Part shown: positions 29,558 through 40,681 of the stretch, in pieces
How positions within the stretch are numbered: the first letter of the stretch is position 1
Layout of the letters: each line of letters begins with the position of its first letter
Assembly: GCA_963696535.1 (NCBI GenBank)
Contig: CAVOKP010000015.1
Span: forward strand, 46,525-110,524
DNA: 64,000 nucleotides
Direction of reading: 5' to 3'
From: an uncultured Bacteroidales bacterium
GTDB lineage: Bacteria > Bacteroidota > Bacteroidia > Bacteroidales > VadinHA17
Position numbers and translations under genes: made by a program
Notes under the pieces: generated by a model
Told to the model about the DNA's origin: nothing
Seen by the model: only the letters and a program-made list of their open reading frames with translations
The model's database searches: none

Positions 29558-31360
29558 ATGATGAAAAGAATATTATTCTCTTCCCTGCTATTGTTGGTTA
29601 TTGTAACAGCCTCCGCACAGGAGGAAAAGAAAATCATACTCCTCCACACCAATGACCTTCATTCCCGTTTGAATGGGTTTGCACCCGAATCAGATTATTC
29701 TCCTTACCTGACAGGCAATGACAGGACAAAAGGGGGATTTGCACGGATAGCAGCAATTATTAAAAAGGAAAAGGAAGAGAATCAGGGATTAACTCTGACG
29801 GTCGATGCGGGCGATTTTTTAATGGGAACTCTTTTTCAGTCGCTTGAGGTAAAAACCGGATTTCAGCTCGGATTGATGCAAAAGATGGGATATGATCTCG
29901 TCTGCCTGGGTAATCATGAATTTGATTTTGGAACTGTAAAACTTGCAGAAATTATCAACCGGGCCGGGGAGGACGGGACCATACCACCGATTTTGTCAGG
30001 CAATGCCGTTTTCAGCAGCAGCGACCCGGGTGATGACGGGCTTGAAAAACTCTTTTCTGCCGGAACGATCAGCCGGAAACTTGTTATCAAAAAGGAAGGA
30101 CTGACTATTGGCTTCTTTTCCCTTCTCGGAATAAATGCGGCTGATGTTGCCCCTCTTTCCAGGCCGGTTAAGTTCTCAAAGCAGGTCTCTTTTGCAAGGA
30201 GTATGGTTAAGGAATTGAGGAATGAGAATTGTGACATCATTATTTGTGTTTCCCATTCTGGTGTTGCCATGGGTAAAGATGGCAAATGGACCGGCGAGGA
30301 TGTTAAACTCGCAGAAACGGTAAAAGGCATCGATGTCATTATAAGCGGGCATACTCATACAAAACTTGATAAACCACTTGTTGTTAATGGGGTACCTGTA
30401 ATACAGGCGGGAGAGAACGGGCAATATGTCGGACGTATGGCATTAACCTGGTCTGAAGGAAAGATCAGGTTGGATGATTACACTCTGATCGCAGTTGATG
30501 ACAATATCATGGGTGATGCAAAAACAGGAAAGCTTATTGAAGGGCAGCAGGACCTGGTTACAAAGGAGATTCTGGCGCCCTTGGGGATAAGTTATTCTGA
30601 TCCGGTTGCTGAAACCGGCTTCCAGCTTGAATGCAATGTCAACGGAGACTTTGCGGGCAGCAATCTTGGTCCGCTGGTCGCAGACGCAATTCAGTATTAT
30701 GTCAATAAACATTCTGCAGAGGGAACTGATGTCAGCATGGTTGCTGCCGGTGTTATCAGGGATCGATTTGTCCCTGGTATACTTTCTGCCCCTGAAATAT
30801 TCAATGTGATGTCGCTTGGATCAGGTTCTGACAATATTCCGGGTTATCCGCTCGCCCGTCTTTATGTAACAGGTAAAGAGCTGAAAAATATCCTTGAAAT
30901 CCTTCAGGTGGCTTATAAATCTTCGCCCGACAATTATTGTTACTATTCCGGGTTAAGGGTTGAATATGATCCCGGCAAAGGGTTGCTGAAAAAGATAAGC
31001 AGGATCGAAATTTGCAATGCCGAAGGGAGTGTCAGCATGGTTGATCTTTCGAAAAAGAATAAAACTCTCTATTCAATAACAGCAAATTCCTATATGCTGG
31101 AGTTTATAGGCATAATCAAAAAAATGAGTTTCGGGCTTATAAATGTGGTGCCGAAAGATGCCTCGGGGAATCCCGTTGAAGATATGAAAAGCGCCATTAT
31201 AGACATGAACGGAGCTGCAACCGGTATTCAGGAAGGCAAGGAGTGGCTTGCCCTTCTTGAATTCATTGGTTCAATGAAGGATACCAGTGGCAACAATATT
31301 CCGGATATTGACACCAGGTATTCCGTTCCAGTTCAGACATTTTTCAAGGTTAAGAAATAA
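29558..31360 (+). CDS. Secreted bifunctional metallophosphatase/5'-nucleotidase
   Basis: Signal peptide; HTNDLHS, DAGD, GNHEFD, SHSG, GHTH; C-terminal 5'-nucleotidase domain. Confidence 0.9.
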   Translation: MMKRILFSSLLLLVIVTASAQEEKKIILLHTNDLHSRLNGFAPESDYSPYLTGNDRTKGGFARIAAIIKKEKEENQGLTLTVDAGDFLMGTLFQSLEVKTGFQLGLMQKMGYDLVCLGNHEFDFGTVKLAEIINRAGEDGTIPPILSGNAVFSSSDPGDDGLEKLFSAGTISRKLVIKKEGLTIGFFSLLGINAADVAPLSRPVKFSKQVSFARSMVKELRNENCDIIICVSHSGVAMGKDGKWTGEDVKLAETVKGIDVIISGHTHTKLDKPLVVNGVPVIQAGENGQYVGRMALTWSEGKIRLDDYTLIAVDDNIMGDAKTGKLIEGQQDLVTKEILAPLGISYSDPVAETGFQLECNVNGDFAGSNLGPLVADAIQYYVNKHSAEGTDVSMVAAGVIRDRFVPGILSAPEIFNVMSLGSGSDNIPGYPLARLYVTGKELKNILEILQVAYKSSPDNYCYYSGLRVEYDPGKGLLKKISRIEICNAEGSVSMVDLSKKNKTLYSITANSYMLEFIGIIKKMSFGLINVVPKDASGNPVEDMKSAIIDMNGAATGIQEGKEWLALLEFIGSMKDTSGNNIPDIDTRYSVPVQTFFKVKK

Positions 31361-31409
31361 TAATTCCGATGCAGAAAGACGGTATTCAATTGCTCCGTAT
31401 ACTTCATCC

Positions 31410-33044
31410 TTACCATTTGCTGAAAGGATTGTCCACGACTAGTCTTGTTTTTCTGTTGGCGACGGTAAATCCTATTTCATAAACAGCTTTGGTGATAAGC
31501 TCCATTTTCACAAAATCCAGTTTGCCGGCAGTATCTTCCGGCTTATGATAATCCGAATGCAACCCTGTCGTAAAGAAAAGTACCGGGATATCCTTTTTTA
31601 CAAAATTATAATGGTCACTTCTTGAAAATAGCTGCAGAGGATGGCTTCTCCCGCTCAGGCTATAATCCATGTCAATCTCTGATTTCCTGTCAACCTCCTC
31701 TGCGATTGCGAGAAGTTCCTTGCTCTGATTGCCGGTAATAACGAATACTCCGTTTTTTCCTGTCATTGGAGTCTCATCGGTGGTATCGGCCACTCCCTTA
31801 ACCCGCCCGATCATATCAATATTCAGGTCAGCCACGGTCTTTTCCAGAGGGAAAAGCGGATCATTGACATAGGATTGAGAACCAAAAAGTCCAATTTCCT
31901 CACCCGTTACCCAAAGGAAAAGGATCGACCTCAGGGGCTTTTTTGGAAGACTCTGGAATGCCTGGGCAATTTCGAGCATGGCGGCGCATCCCGATGCATT
32001 ATCGTCCGCACCCGGATGGATCTGACCTCCTGCCATTCCAACATGATCGGCATGCCCGGAAAATATTACAATTTCCTTCCTGAGCTGAGGATCGCTTCCT
32101 TCTATCCAGGCTGCAACATTGTGGAGTATCACTTCTTCAGTCTTTGAAACTTCCGTAATTTTTAATCTCTTCCCCGGAATAATGAACGATTGGGACTTCA
32201 GGTTTGCATCAATGTTTTTCTGGAGCTCCTCAAGTGTATGCCCTGTTCCTTTCAGCAACTCATCTGCAACCGTCCTGTGGACAAAAATAATCCTGGGCAT
32301 GGCCGGCAAATCGAATACCAGCGGTTTGGATCCTTTCAGGTACTTGCTTGACCCAAGCTGGCTTGCAATTCCGGGATACTGCTGTTCAATCGACAAAAAC
32401 CCGGATTTGGGATCTGATACAATCAGGATTGCTTTTGCCTTTGAGAACAGCAGTCCGGTAAGCTTCGCCTGGATGCTCATAAAAGATGACCATATTGGTT
32501 CTTCGAAAAGGTACCGTGTTCCATCGGCTGAGAGAGGAGATCTGTTCATCAGCATCAGGATCTTGCCTTCAGGAGTTATATTTTCCAGATCGTTATATTT
32601 GTATTTGTCCGACTTGATTCCATACCCTGCAAATACAACTTCTCCTTCGATTTCAAAATCACCTGCACCTTCAGGGAAAAGCTGGATCATTGGTTCCGTC
32701 ACCTGTACAGAATCCCTGTCTGATCCGAATATTTTTATTGAAGATTTTCCGGAATCAATGGATTTCTTTATTATAGTGTAGGGCTGAAGGTAATTGTTCC
32801 CGTTTGCAGGCTTAAGGCCCAGAAGTTTTGCCTGGGAGCTTATGTAATTAACCGCAATATCAAGTTCTGATTCCCCATTTGACCTTCCTTTCATGGAGGG
32901 CGACGAAAGGAACGAGACATATGTCTCAAGATCTCCGGAATTAATTTTGTTCTTGCTGCTTTCACTCCTTTGAGAAAATGAACTATATGGAATAAATGCC
33001 ATCAGGATGGCAATGCTAAGGTTTATTATTTTTTGTGTTGTCAT
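31410..33044 (-). CDS. M28 family aminopeptidase with PA domain
   Basis: GHADHVG, GADDNASG, GEEIGLFGS, NIDMIG, RSDHY, DYHKPED; PA insert (VVFAGYG). Confidence 0.9.
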   Translation of the reverse strand: MTTQKIINLSIAILMAFIPYSSFSQRSESSKNKINSGDLETYVSFLSSPSMKGRSNGESELDIAVNYISSQAKLLGLKPANGNNYLQPYTIIKKSIDSGKSSIKIFGSDRDSVQVTEPMIQLFPEGAGDFEIEGEVVFAGYGIKSDKYKYNDLENITPEGKILMLMNRSPLSADGTRYLFEEPIWSSFMSIQAKLTGLLFSKAKAILIVSDPKSGFLSIEQQYPGIASQLGSSKYLKGSKPLVFDLPAMPRIIFVHRTVADELLKGTGHTLEELQKNIDANLKSQSFIIPGKRLKITEVSKTEEVILHNVAAWIEGSDPQLRKEIVIFSGHADHVGMAGGQIHPGADDNASGCAAMLEIAQAFQSLPKKPLRSILFLWVTGEEIGLFGSQSYVNDPLFPLEKTVADLNIDMIGRVKGVADTTDETPMTGKNGVFVITGNQSKELLAIAEEVDRKSEIDMDYSLSGRSHPLQLFSRSDHYNFVKKDIPVLFFTTGLHSDYHKPEDTAGKLDFVKMELITKAVYEIGFTVANRKTRLVVDNPFSKW

Positions 33045-33203
33045 AGATTTATTTTTGAATTTTGACGTTAAATGTAAAAAGATTTTCCGGATAACTCTGA
33101 AATCAATAAGGCATGGCGGAGAAGTGGCCTAATATTGTTACTGCAAATTTAAGTCGGTGGAAGCAATGAATAATTTTTTAGCTTTGCAGATTATTCTTAA
33201 TAT

Positions 33204-34160
33204 ATGACAACGAGCCTGTTATTCTGGATAGTTTTCGGTATCATAATAATCACTGTGCTCGCTATCGACCTGGGGGTCCTTAACAGGAGAGCTCACAAAA
33301 TAGAATTAAAGGAGGCTCTCACCTGGAGCGGAGTCTGGATTTCACTCGCCCTGCTCTTTAATGTTTTTGTCTATTTTCAGTTAGGAAAAGTCAAGGCGCT
33401 TGAATTTCTCACCGCTTATGTCATTGAGTATTCCCTGAGCGTCGATAATATATTCGTTTTTATCCTGATCTTCTCATTTTTCTCGGTCAAGCCACAGTAT
33501 CAGCACAAGGTCCTGTTCTGGGGAATCCTGGGAGCATTGATAATGAGGGCAATATTTATTTTTGCCGGGGTAGCCCTGATTAACAGGTTCCACTGGATCG
33601 TAATTATTTTTGGAGGATTCCTTTTGATTTCAGGTATTAAGATGCTTTTTCAGAAGGAGGAAGTTACTGTTGAACCTGAAAAAAATGGACTGGTAAGGCT
33701 TTTCAGAAGATTCCTTCCTGTTTCAGACAACCTTCATGGAGACGCTCTTTTTATAAGGCAGGACAGAAAACTTTATGCCACTCCTTTGTTTCTTGTCTTG
33801 CTGGTAATCGAATCAACGGATCTGATCTTTGCAGTCGACAGCATTCCGGCAGTACTTGCTATCAGCAAGGATACATTTATAGTTTTTACATCAAACATCT
33901 TCGCAATACTGGGATTGCGATCCCTCTATTTTGCTGTTTCCGGAGTTATGGGATTATTCCGATACCTGAAAGTGGGACTGGCAATAGTTCTTTCATTTGT
34001 CGGATTGAAAATGCTTGCATCCTATTTCCATATTGAAATACCCATCTTATTTTCCCTGGGAACAATCATATCGATACTTCTTGTTTCAATATTAGCCTCG
34101 TTGATTATAAAAAAGAAGGAGTCCCTGCCTGAACTTATAAAGCGGGACGACTTCCAGTGA
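33204..34160 (+). CDS. TerC/Alx family membrane protein
   Basis: EYSLSVDNIFVF, QHKVLFWGILGALIMR, DLIFAVDSIPA, SNIFAILGLRSLYF. TAGCTTTG box at 33179-33186. Confidence 0.93.
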   Translation: MTTSLLFWIVFGIIIITVLAIDLGVLNRRAHKIELKEALTWSGVWISLALLFNVFVYFQLGKVKALEFLTAYVIEYSLSVDNIFVFILIFSFFSVKPQYQHKVLFWGILGALIMRAIFIFAGVALINRFHWIVIIFGGFLLISGIKMLFQKEEVTVEPEKNGLVRLFRRFLPVSDNLHGDALFIRQDRKLYATPLFLVLLVIESTDLIFAVDSIPAVLAISKDTFIVFTSNIFAILGLRSLYFAVSGVMGLFRYLKVGLAIVLSFVGLKMLASYFHIEIPILFSLGTIISILLVSILASLIIKKKESLPELIKRDDFQ

Positions 34161-34243
34161 TACCATTGAGTTACTTTATTAGTTTTGAATTAGTGTTTTG
34201 ATTGTGGGTTTAAGCGGATAAAAGATTAAAAAGGCGAACAGGA

Positions 34244-36787
34244 ATGATTTCGCACAGGCAAAGACCAGCCACTCCATGGCTATTGATTGTTCTTTTCATA
34301 ATTGTTTCAGCAAGTAGTATCTTGCTGGGATACTTTTATTATAAAAGCCAGAAAGCCAGGCTCGTGAAGGATAAGAAACTTGAGCTTTCGGCCATTGCTG
34401 ACCTTAAGGTGAGCCAGATTGTCCAATGGCGCAATGAAAGACTGGGGGATGCCATACTTATCGGAGAAAATACTCCTTTCATAAAGCTTTTATACGAATA
34501 TCTTCATAGCAAGGACAATGCAGTACTCAGCCCGGACATTAGGTCAAGCCTTAAGTCGATTACCAGGAGCACCGGTTATAAGAATGTTCTTCTTATTGAT
34601 TCAACGGGTACGGTCAGGGAATTCTATCCTGACCATGATACTCTGATGAGTGATAACCTTAAGCAGATGTTTCCTGATTTGCTTAAGACCGAAACGGGAA
34701 TTCTCACAGATCTTCACAAAACGGGGCAGATAAATTATATCCACCTCGATCTGGTAGTGCCGCTTATCAATCCATGGCGAAAGGATACTTCTGTATTCGG
34801 CCTGCTTGCAATCAGGATCGACCCCAGGGAAGTCCTTTATCCGCTTGTTCAGACCTGGCCGGTTCCTGGTAAAACAACCGAATCACTTCTTGTCAGGCAG
34901 GAGGGTAATGAGATATTGTATCTGAGTGAATTAAGATTCAGGAAAAACTCAGCACTTGAGCTGACAAAATCATTGTCGGATGAAAAGCTCACAGAAGCAA
35001 TGGCAGTCAATGGCCTGGAGGAAACAGCGGATGGAGTGGATTATAAGGGAGCAGCCGTGCTTGCAGCCATGAGAAAGGTTCCGGGATCTCCCTGGTACCT
35101 GGTTGCAAAGGTCAATCAGAGTGAAGTTTTTACTGCACTCAATGACCAGATGACAATGATTGTCATTATAATAATACTCTTCATACTCACTATCGGAATG
35201 TTGCTGGGGATTCTCGAATGGAATGAAAATGCCCGGTTCTACCGCGAAAAATATGAAACAGAACTTGATCACCAGGCACTCGTAAAGCATTTTGACTATA
35301 TTCTGAAATATGCCAATGACATTATATTTCTTACGGACAGGAATTTGACGATAATAGAGGCCAACGACCGGGCATTTGAGGCATATCAGCGCGAACGAAA
35401 TGAGCTTATCGGAATGAGCCTGTCAAAAATAAGGGCTCCCGGAGCCGTCAAGGATCTTGAAAATGAAACCAGGATTCTCGACGAAAAGGGATTTGCAACC
35501 TATGAAACAGTCCATATCAGAAAGGATGGAACCCTTATGCCCCTGGAAATAAGCGCCCGGAAAGTTGAAATTGAAGGCGTAAAATACTTCCAGTCTATTT
35601 GCAGGGATATTACCGAGCGCAAACTTGCAGAGGAGACCGTTAAGGAAAGCGAAGAGCGGTTTCGCAAGATTTTTGAGGAAAGTCCGATAAGTATTGCCAT
35701 GACAGGCAAGGATCTTGCAATCATAAGGGCTAATTCAGCTTTCTGCAAAATGATCGGATACAGGGAAGATGAGTTAAAATCGTTGACAATAAGGAGTTTC
35801 ACTCATCCTGATTATATTGCTGAGGATGATGTCTCTCTCCTTCGCCTGGTTGCTGAAGAGATCCCTGTTTATCATACCGAAAACCAGTATATCCGTAAAG
35901 ATCAGAGCGTCATCTGGGGTTCTGCAACAATAAGTATTATAAGGAACAATAATGATGAGGTTCAGTATTTTCTGGTAATGGTGGAAGATATCACCCTTCG
36001 TAAAAAGGCTGAATCTGAACTTATTGCAGCCAAAGAGAAAGCTGAGGAGAGCGACCGTCTCAAAACGGCATTTCTTCACAATGTCTCTCATGAGATCAGA
36101 ACCCCCATGAATGCTATTATTGGCTTTTCTGCCCTGCTTAATGAACCCGATACCACAGAAGAGGAAAGACATCAGTTCATCGACGTTATTTTTCAGAGCG
36201 GAAGCCAGCTTCTTTCCATTATTAATGATATCGTTGACATAGCAAATATAGAAAGTGGCCAGGTTAAGATGAACTTAAGGGAGATGGACCTTAATGCATC
36301 CCTGAAAAACCTTGCCGAGCAATTCAGTTACAAGAGAAAATCTGATCTCATTTCGATAAACCTTGATCCGGGACTTCCGGATGACAGAGCCACCATAACC
36401 ATTGACGCCACTAAATTGATCCAGATACTTACTAACCTTATCAGTAATGCCACCAAATTCACCAGGGAGGGACGGATTGATTTTGGATATACCCTTAAAG
36501 ACGGTTTTCTTGAATTCTTTGTCACTGACACCGGAATCGGCATACCTCCGGAGCATCATGAGAAAATATTTGAACGGTTCTTCCAGGTAGACAATGTCAT
36601 TTCAAGAAAATTCGGAGGTACGGGTCTTGGTCTCTCGATCTGCAAGGCATATGTGGAGCTTCTCGGGGGCAGGATATGGGTAACCTCGGAGCTTGGGAAA
36701 GGAACTGATTTTCGTTTTACAATACCCTATAATTACCCTGAAAAGACAAAAGGAAAACAGAAGGAGAAAAAGATCCCATTGCTTTAG
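34244..36787 (+). CDS. Membrane sensor histidine kinase (periplasmic sensor, two PAS domains, HisKA, HATPase; no receiver)
   Basis: Two TMs; RDITERK and EDITLRK PAC ends; H-box SHEIRTPMN; NLISNA, DTGIG, GTGLGL. Confidence 0.93.
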   Translation: MISHRQRPATPWLLIVLFIIVSASSILLGYFYYKSQKARLVKDKKLELSAIADLKVSQIVQWRNERLGDAILIGENTPFIKLLYEYLHSKDNAVLSPDIRSSLKSITRSTGYKNVLLIDSTGTVREFYPDHDTLMSDNLKQMFPDLLKTETGILTDLHKTGQINYIHLDLVVPLINPWRKDTSVFGLLAIRIDPREVLYPLVQTWPVPGKTTESLLVRQEGNEILYLSELRFRKNSALELTKSLSDEKLTEAMAVNGLEETADGVDYKGAAVLAAMRKVPGSPWYLVAKVNQSEVFTALNDQMTMIVIIIILFILTIGMLLGILEWNENARFYREKYETELDHQALVKHFDYILKYANDIIFLTDRNLTIIEANDRAFEAYQRERNELIGMSLSKIRAPGAVKDLENETRILDEKGFATYETVHIRKDGTLMPLEISARKVEIEGVKYFQSICRDITERKLAEETVKESEERFRKIFEESPISIAMTGKDLAIIRANSAFCKMIGYREDELKSLTIRSFTHPDYIAEDDVSLLRLVAEEIPVYHTENQYIRKDQSVIWGSATISIIRNNNDEVQYFLVMVEDITLRKKAESELIAAKEKAEESDRLKTAFLHNVSHEIRTPMNAIIGFSALLNEPDTTEEERHQFIDVIFQSGSQLLSIINDIVDIANIESGQVKMNLREMDLNASLKNLAEQFSYKRKSDLISINLDPGLPDDRATITIDATKLIQILTNLISNATKFTREGRIDFGYTLKDGFLEFFVTDTGIGIPPEHHEKIFERFFQVDNVISRKFGGTGLGLSICKAYVELLGGRIWVTSELGKGTDFRFTIPYNYPEKTKGKQKEKKIPLL

Positions 36788-36949
36788 TCATCACTTTCCC
36801 TGAAAAAGTAAGGGAATTGAATGGATGAATGTCTTCTGCATGTCAAAACCAGAAGATATGGGTTGAATCAGGAAATTTTAGTACTTTTATGGTCGGAATC
36901 GGTAAAATAATAATAATTCCGGTCTTCGGTCGTTTCAATATTTTCAAAG

Positions 36950-38503
36950 ATGAAGAAAGTACAGGAGTTTTATATATTCATGATCATAGTTCTGGCAGCC
37001 CTCTCTTTCCAGGGATGCGTGTTTCTGAGGGTGCCCAATGTTTCAACGGCTGAGGTAACATACATCGGGCCCAACAGCGCCATTTCAGGAGGCAATGTGA
37101 TACACGACGGGAATTCCCTTATTCTTGTAAGAGGGGTTTGCTGGAGCACAACAAAATCGCCTGATCTGGAAGATGACCGGACTACCGACGGATATGGCGA
37201 GGGCTTGTTCTCGAGCACCATTACTGGATTGATGCCAAATACCTTGTACTATGTGAGAGCTTATGCAGTGAATGAGGAAGGACCCTCCTACGGGGAACAG
37301 GTTTCATTTACAACAAGCCTTTACGGAGTTCCCGAACTGGCCACTTCACCGGTAACTGGAATCACTCAAACCACTGCTGTTTCGGGCGGTAATATAACTT
37401 TTGACGGAGGTGTTCCGGTTACTGCCAGGGGAGTCTGCTGGAGCAGCTTAAAACCCCTGCCCGATATTTCCGATACAAAAACAACCAACGGATCCGGGGC
37501 CGGATCTTTCACCAGTAACATAACCGGTCTGACCGGTAACACAACATATTATGTTAGGGCTTATGCAACCAATGCCCAGGGAACAGGGTACGGCGCTGCA
37601 GTTCAGTTCAAGACAGGCGCCTTGCTGCCAACAGTGATAACTTCAGTTCCTTCTGCAACATCAACCACAACGGGTACCGGCGGCGGTAATGTTACCTCCG
37701 ACGGAGGATCTGCAGTAACTGCCAGGGGTATCTGCTGGAGCACATCTGCCAATCCTACGATTGCCAACAGCCACACTTCAAACGGAACCGGACCAGGGAT
37801 TTTCACAAGTAATATGACTTCCCTTTCAGCAAATACAACTTACCATGTAAGGGCTTATGCAACCAACGGGACTGGTACATCCTATGGTGCTGACCTGGTA
37901 TTTACAACGGATCCTCTGACCGTGAATGACAACGACGGCAATTCATATGGTGTTATAAGGATCGGAACCCAACTATGGATGCAGGGAAATCTAAAGACTA
38001 CAAAACTCAATGACGGGACAGCCATCCCCTTAACGGAGGGCACTTCTGAATGGAGCAACCTGACAACCAGCAGCTATTGCTGGTATGGAAATAATGCCAC
38101 TTATAAGAATACGTATGGCGCACTGTACAACTGGTATGCCGTCAATACAAGCAAACTTTGTCCTTCAGGCTGGCACGTCGCAAGTGATAATGACTGGCTT
38201 GCCCTCAAGGATTTTCTCGAGGGGGAACTGGTAGCCGGAGGCAAGCTTAAGGAAACCGGAACAACTCACTGGTTATCTCCAAATACTGGGGCCACCGATG
38301 AATTTGATTTTACAGCGCTTCCCGGCGGATGGCGCACTGATGGGGGCTCCTTCCAGAATCTCCGCAGTAATGGATACTGGTGGACCTCAACACTGATTAC
38401 ACCTAATGTCTGGTACCGACATATTCAGAACGACAGCGAAAAACTGTTCAGGGCAACAAACGGACTAAATTTCGGTATGTCGGTAAGATGTATGAAGGAC
38501 TAG
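36950..38503 (+). CDS. FISUMP (Fib_succ_major) domain lipoprotein with 3 FN3-like repeats
   Basis: Lipobox FQGC; three repeats SGGN..DG...RGVCW...YxVRAYA; C-terminal DGNSY..IGTQLWM..NLK, YGALYNW, LCPSGWHV, SVRCMKD. Confidence 0.9.
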   Translation: MKKVQEFYIFMIIVLAALSFQGCVFLRVPNVSTAEVTYIGPNSAISGGNVIHDGNSLILVRGVCWSTTKSPDLEDDRTTDGYGEGLFSSTITGLMPNTLYYVRAYAVNEEGPSYGEQVSFTTSLYGVPELATSPVTGITQTTAVSGGNITFDGGVPVTARGVCWSSLKPLPDISDTKTTNGSGAGSFTSNITGLTGNTTYYVRAYATNAQGTGYGAAVQFKTGALLPTVITSVPSATSTTTGTGGGNVTSDGGSAVTARGICWSTSANPTIANSHTSNGTGPGIFTSNMTSLSANTTYHVRAYATNGTGTSYGADLVFTTDPLTVNDNDGNSYGVIRIGTQLWMQGNLKTTKLNDGTAIPLTEGTSEWSNLTTSSYCWYGNNATYKNTYGALYNWYAVNTSKLCPSGWHVASDNDWLALKDFLEGELVAGGKLKETGTTHWLSPNTGATDEFDFTALPGGWRTDGGSFQNLRSNGYWWTSTLITPNVWYRHIQNDSEKLFRATNGLNFGMSVRCMKD

Positions 38504-38704
38504 TGTTGCAGCTACGCGACTTTATATGTCGGCATATTCCTCATAGACTTCTTCAAACTGTCATCAGCTTTTTGACCGTTAATTAAATCAACCCCTAATT
38601 TGCCATCTATTCTTTATTGATCCTGAATATCCCGGTGAAATTTTTACCAGACACAATTTAAACCGCGGATTTTAGTTTAAACCATTACGTAATTCTATAT
38701 CTAA

Positions 38705-40593
38705 ATGAAAATGAAATCTGGACTTAATGCAGTTATTCTTGTTACTATGTTTATTAGTGGAAGTGGTTCTGCTTACAGGATGCAGGGAAGACCCGGTCGT
38801 TCCTACCCTTACCACAACAGTTGTTTCAAATATTACAAGGAACACGGCCTCCACGGGGGGAAACATAACTGCAAACGGGGGTGCAGATGTGACATCCAGG
38901 GGTGTTTGCTATGGGACTGCATCACTGCCAGAGATTATCAGGTCCTCATACTTCTGACAGTAAAGGAGATGGAAGTTTTGTAAGCAATTTGTCCGGACTG
39001 ACTCCCGGAATAAAGTACTATATCAGAGCTTATGCCACAAATGAAGCGGGTACCGCATACGGCAACGAAATATCTTTTTCAGCATTGCCTTTAACCCTGG
39101 CTGAGCTTACCACTGCTGATGTGACAGGTAATACGGCAGGTACGGCAGTTTCAGGAGGCAATATTACGTCCGACGGAGGATCCGCGGTAACAGTCAGGGG
39201 AATATGCTGGGCTGCCACGGCGGATCCAACCACAGGCAACAGCAAGACAACAAATGGCGGAGGAACAGGGATTTTCACTGCAAATATGACCGGTCTTACG
39301 CCGGGATCATCCTATCATGTAAGAGCCTATGCAACAAACAGCGTTGGGACAGCCTATGGCAATGATGTGCCGTTTACAGCATCACCGGTAACACCTACGC
39401 TGACAACTGCAGCGATTACTTCTCCAACAAGGACAACTGCCGTTTCAGGAGGTGATATAACAACCAACGGTGGAGCAGCAGTCACAGCCGGGGTGTGTGC
39501 TGGAGCACTTCTTCAGGGCCTTTGGCAACGGGTCTCCATACTTCGGACGGAACGGGAAGCGGCACATTTATCAGTAACATTACTGGATTAAGTCCCTCCA
39601 CAACTTATTATGTAAGAGCATATGCCACCAATACTGCTGGCACTTCCTATGGCAACGAACGGTCCTTTACAACCAGCCCGGTCCAGGTCCCATCAGTTAC
39701 AACAGCGGCAGTTACAAATGTCACTTTGATAGCGGCAGTTTCAGGAGGAAGTATTACGGATGATAATGGAGCGGCAGTAATTGAAAAGGGTGTTTGCTGG
39801 AATACAACCGGAACTCCGACAACTTCAGATTTACATACTAACAAACGGAGCTGGAACCGGAAGCTTTTCAAGCAATATGACAGGATTGACTGCCGGAACG
39901 GTTTACTATGTCAGGGCATATGCAAGAAACAGTGCCGGGACAGGTTACGGAAACCAGATAAGGTTTTCCACATCAGCCTCAGATACCGACGGAAATATTT
40001 ATCCTACAGTGGTTATTGGCACACAGCTGTGGATGCAGACCGACCTGAAAACAACCAGGCTTAATGATAACACGCCAATTCCCAATGTCCAGGATAACGG
40101 TTTATGGTCAGCCGCAACATCTCCTGCCTGGTCGTGGTATGGTAATAATGCTTCATACGGTACTACATATGGGATACTTTATAACTGGTATACAGTAGAA
40201 ACGGGTAAATTATGCCCTTCAGGGTGGCATGTGCCAACTGATTCGGAATTCAAGACCCTTGAGATGTATCTTGGGATGACTCAGGGTGAAGCTGATGCTA
40301 CTGGCTTTAGAGGCAGCAATCAGGGAACCCAGTTGAAATTTACTTCGACCTGGACTCCATCAACCGGAACAAATTCTAGCGGATTCAGGGCCCTTGGAGG
40401 AGGATACAGGTTTGGCGGAGACGGATCATTTAACGATTTTGGAGTTGTGTCTTACTGGTGGAGCTCCACTTTGCAGTCGGATGATGCAACAAAAGCCATG
40501 TATCGCCGTTTAGACAGTAATGAGACCGGGGTTTACAGGGGAGGGGTCATAAAGGCAGGTGGAAAATTTGTGAGATGCCTTAAAACCCAATGA
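38705..40593 (+). pseudogene. FISUMP domain lipoprotein with 4 FN3-like repeats, broken by 4 frameshifts (possibly assembly errors)
   Basis: ORF pieces 38705, 38727, 38902, 39495 and 39781 join into one protein (lipobox LTGC ... VRCLKTQ) with single-base shifts near 38761, 38937, 39490 and 39840. Confidence 0.82.
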
Positions 40594-40681
40594 TCAATGA
40601 GTTAAATCATAAATAACTTGAGAGCAAACCATAAATTAATAAAAAACAAACTTAAATTCTAATCACTAATTCATTTTTATT

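Noticed and set aside
33045-33203. yybP-ykoY manganese riboswitch upstream of the TerC gene
   Set aside because: No recognisable conserved riboswitch motifs, and the -7 box lies only 17 nt from the ATG, leaving no room.
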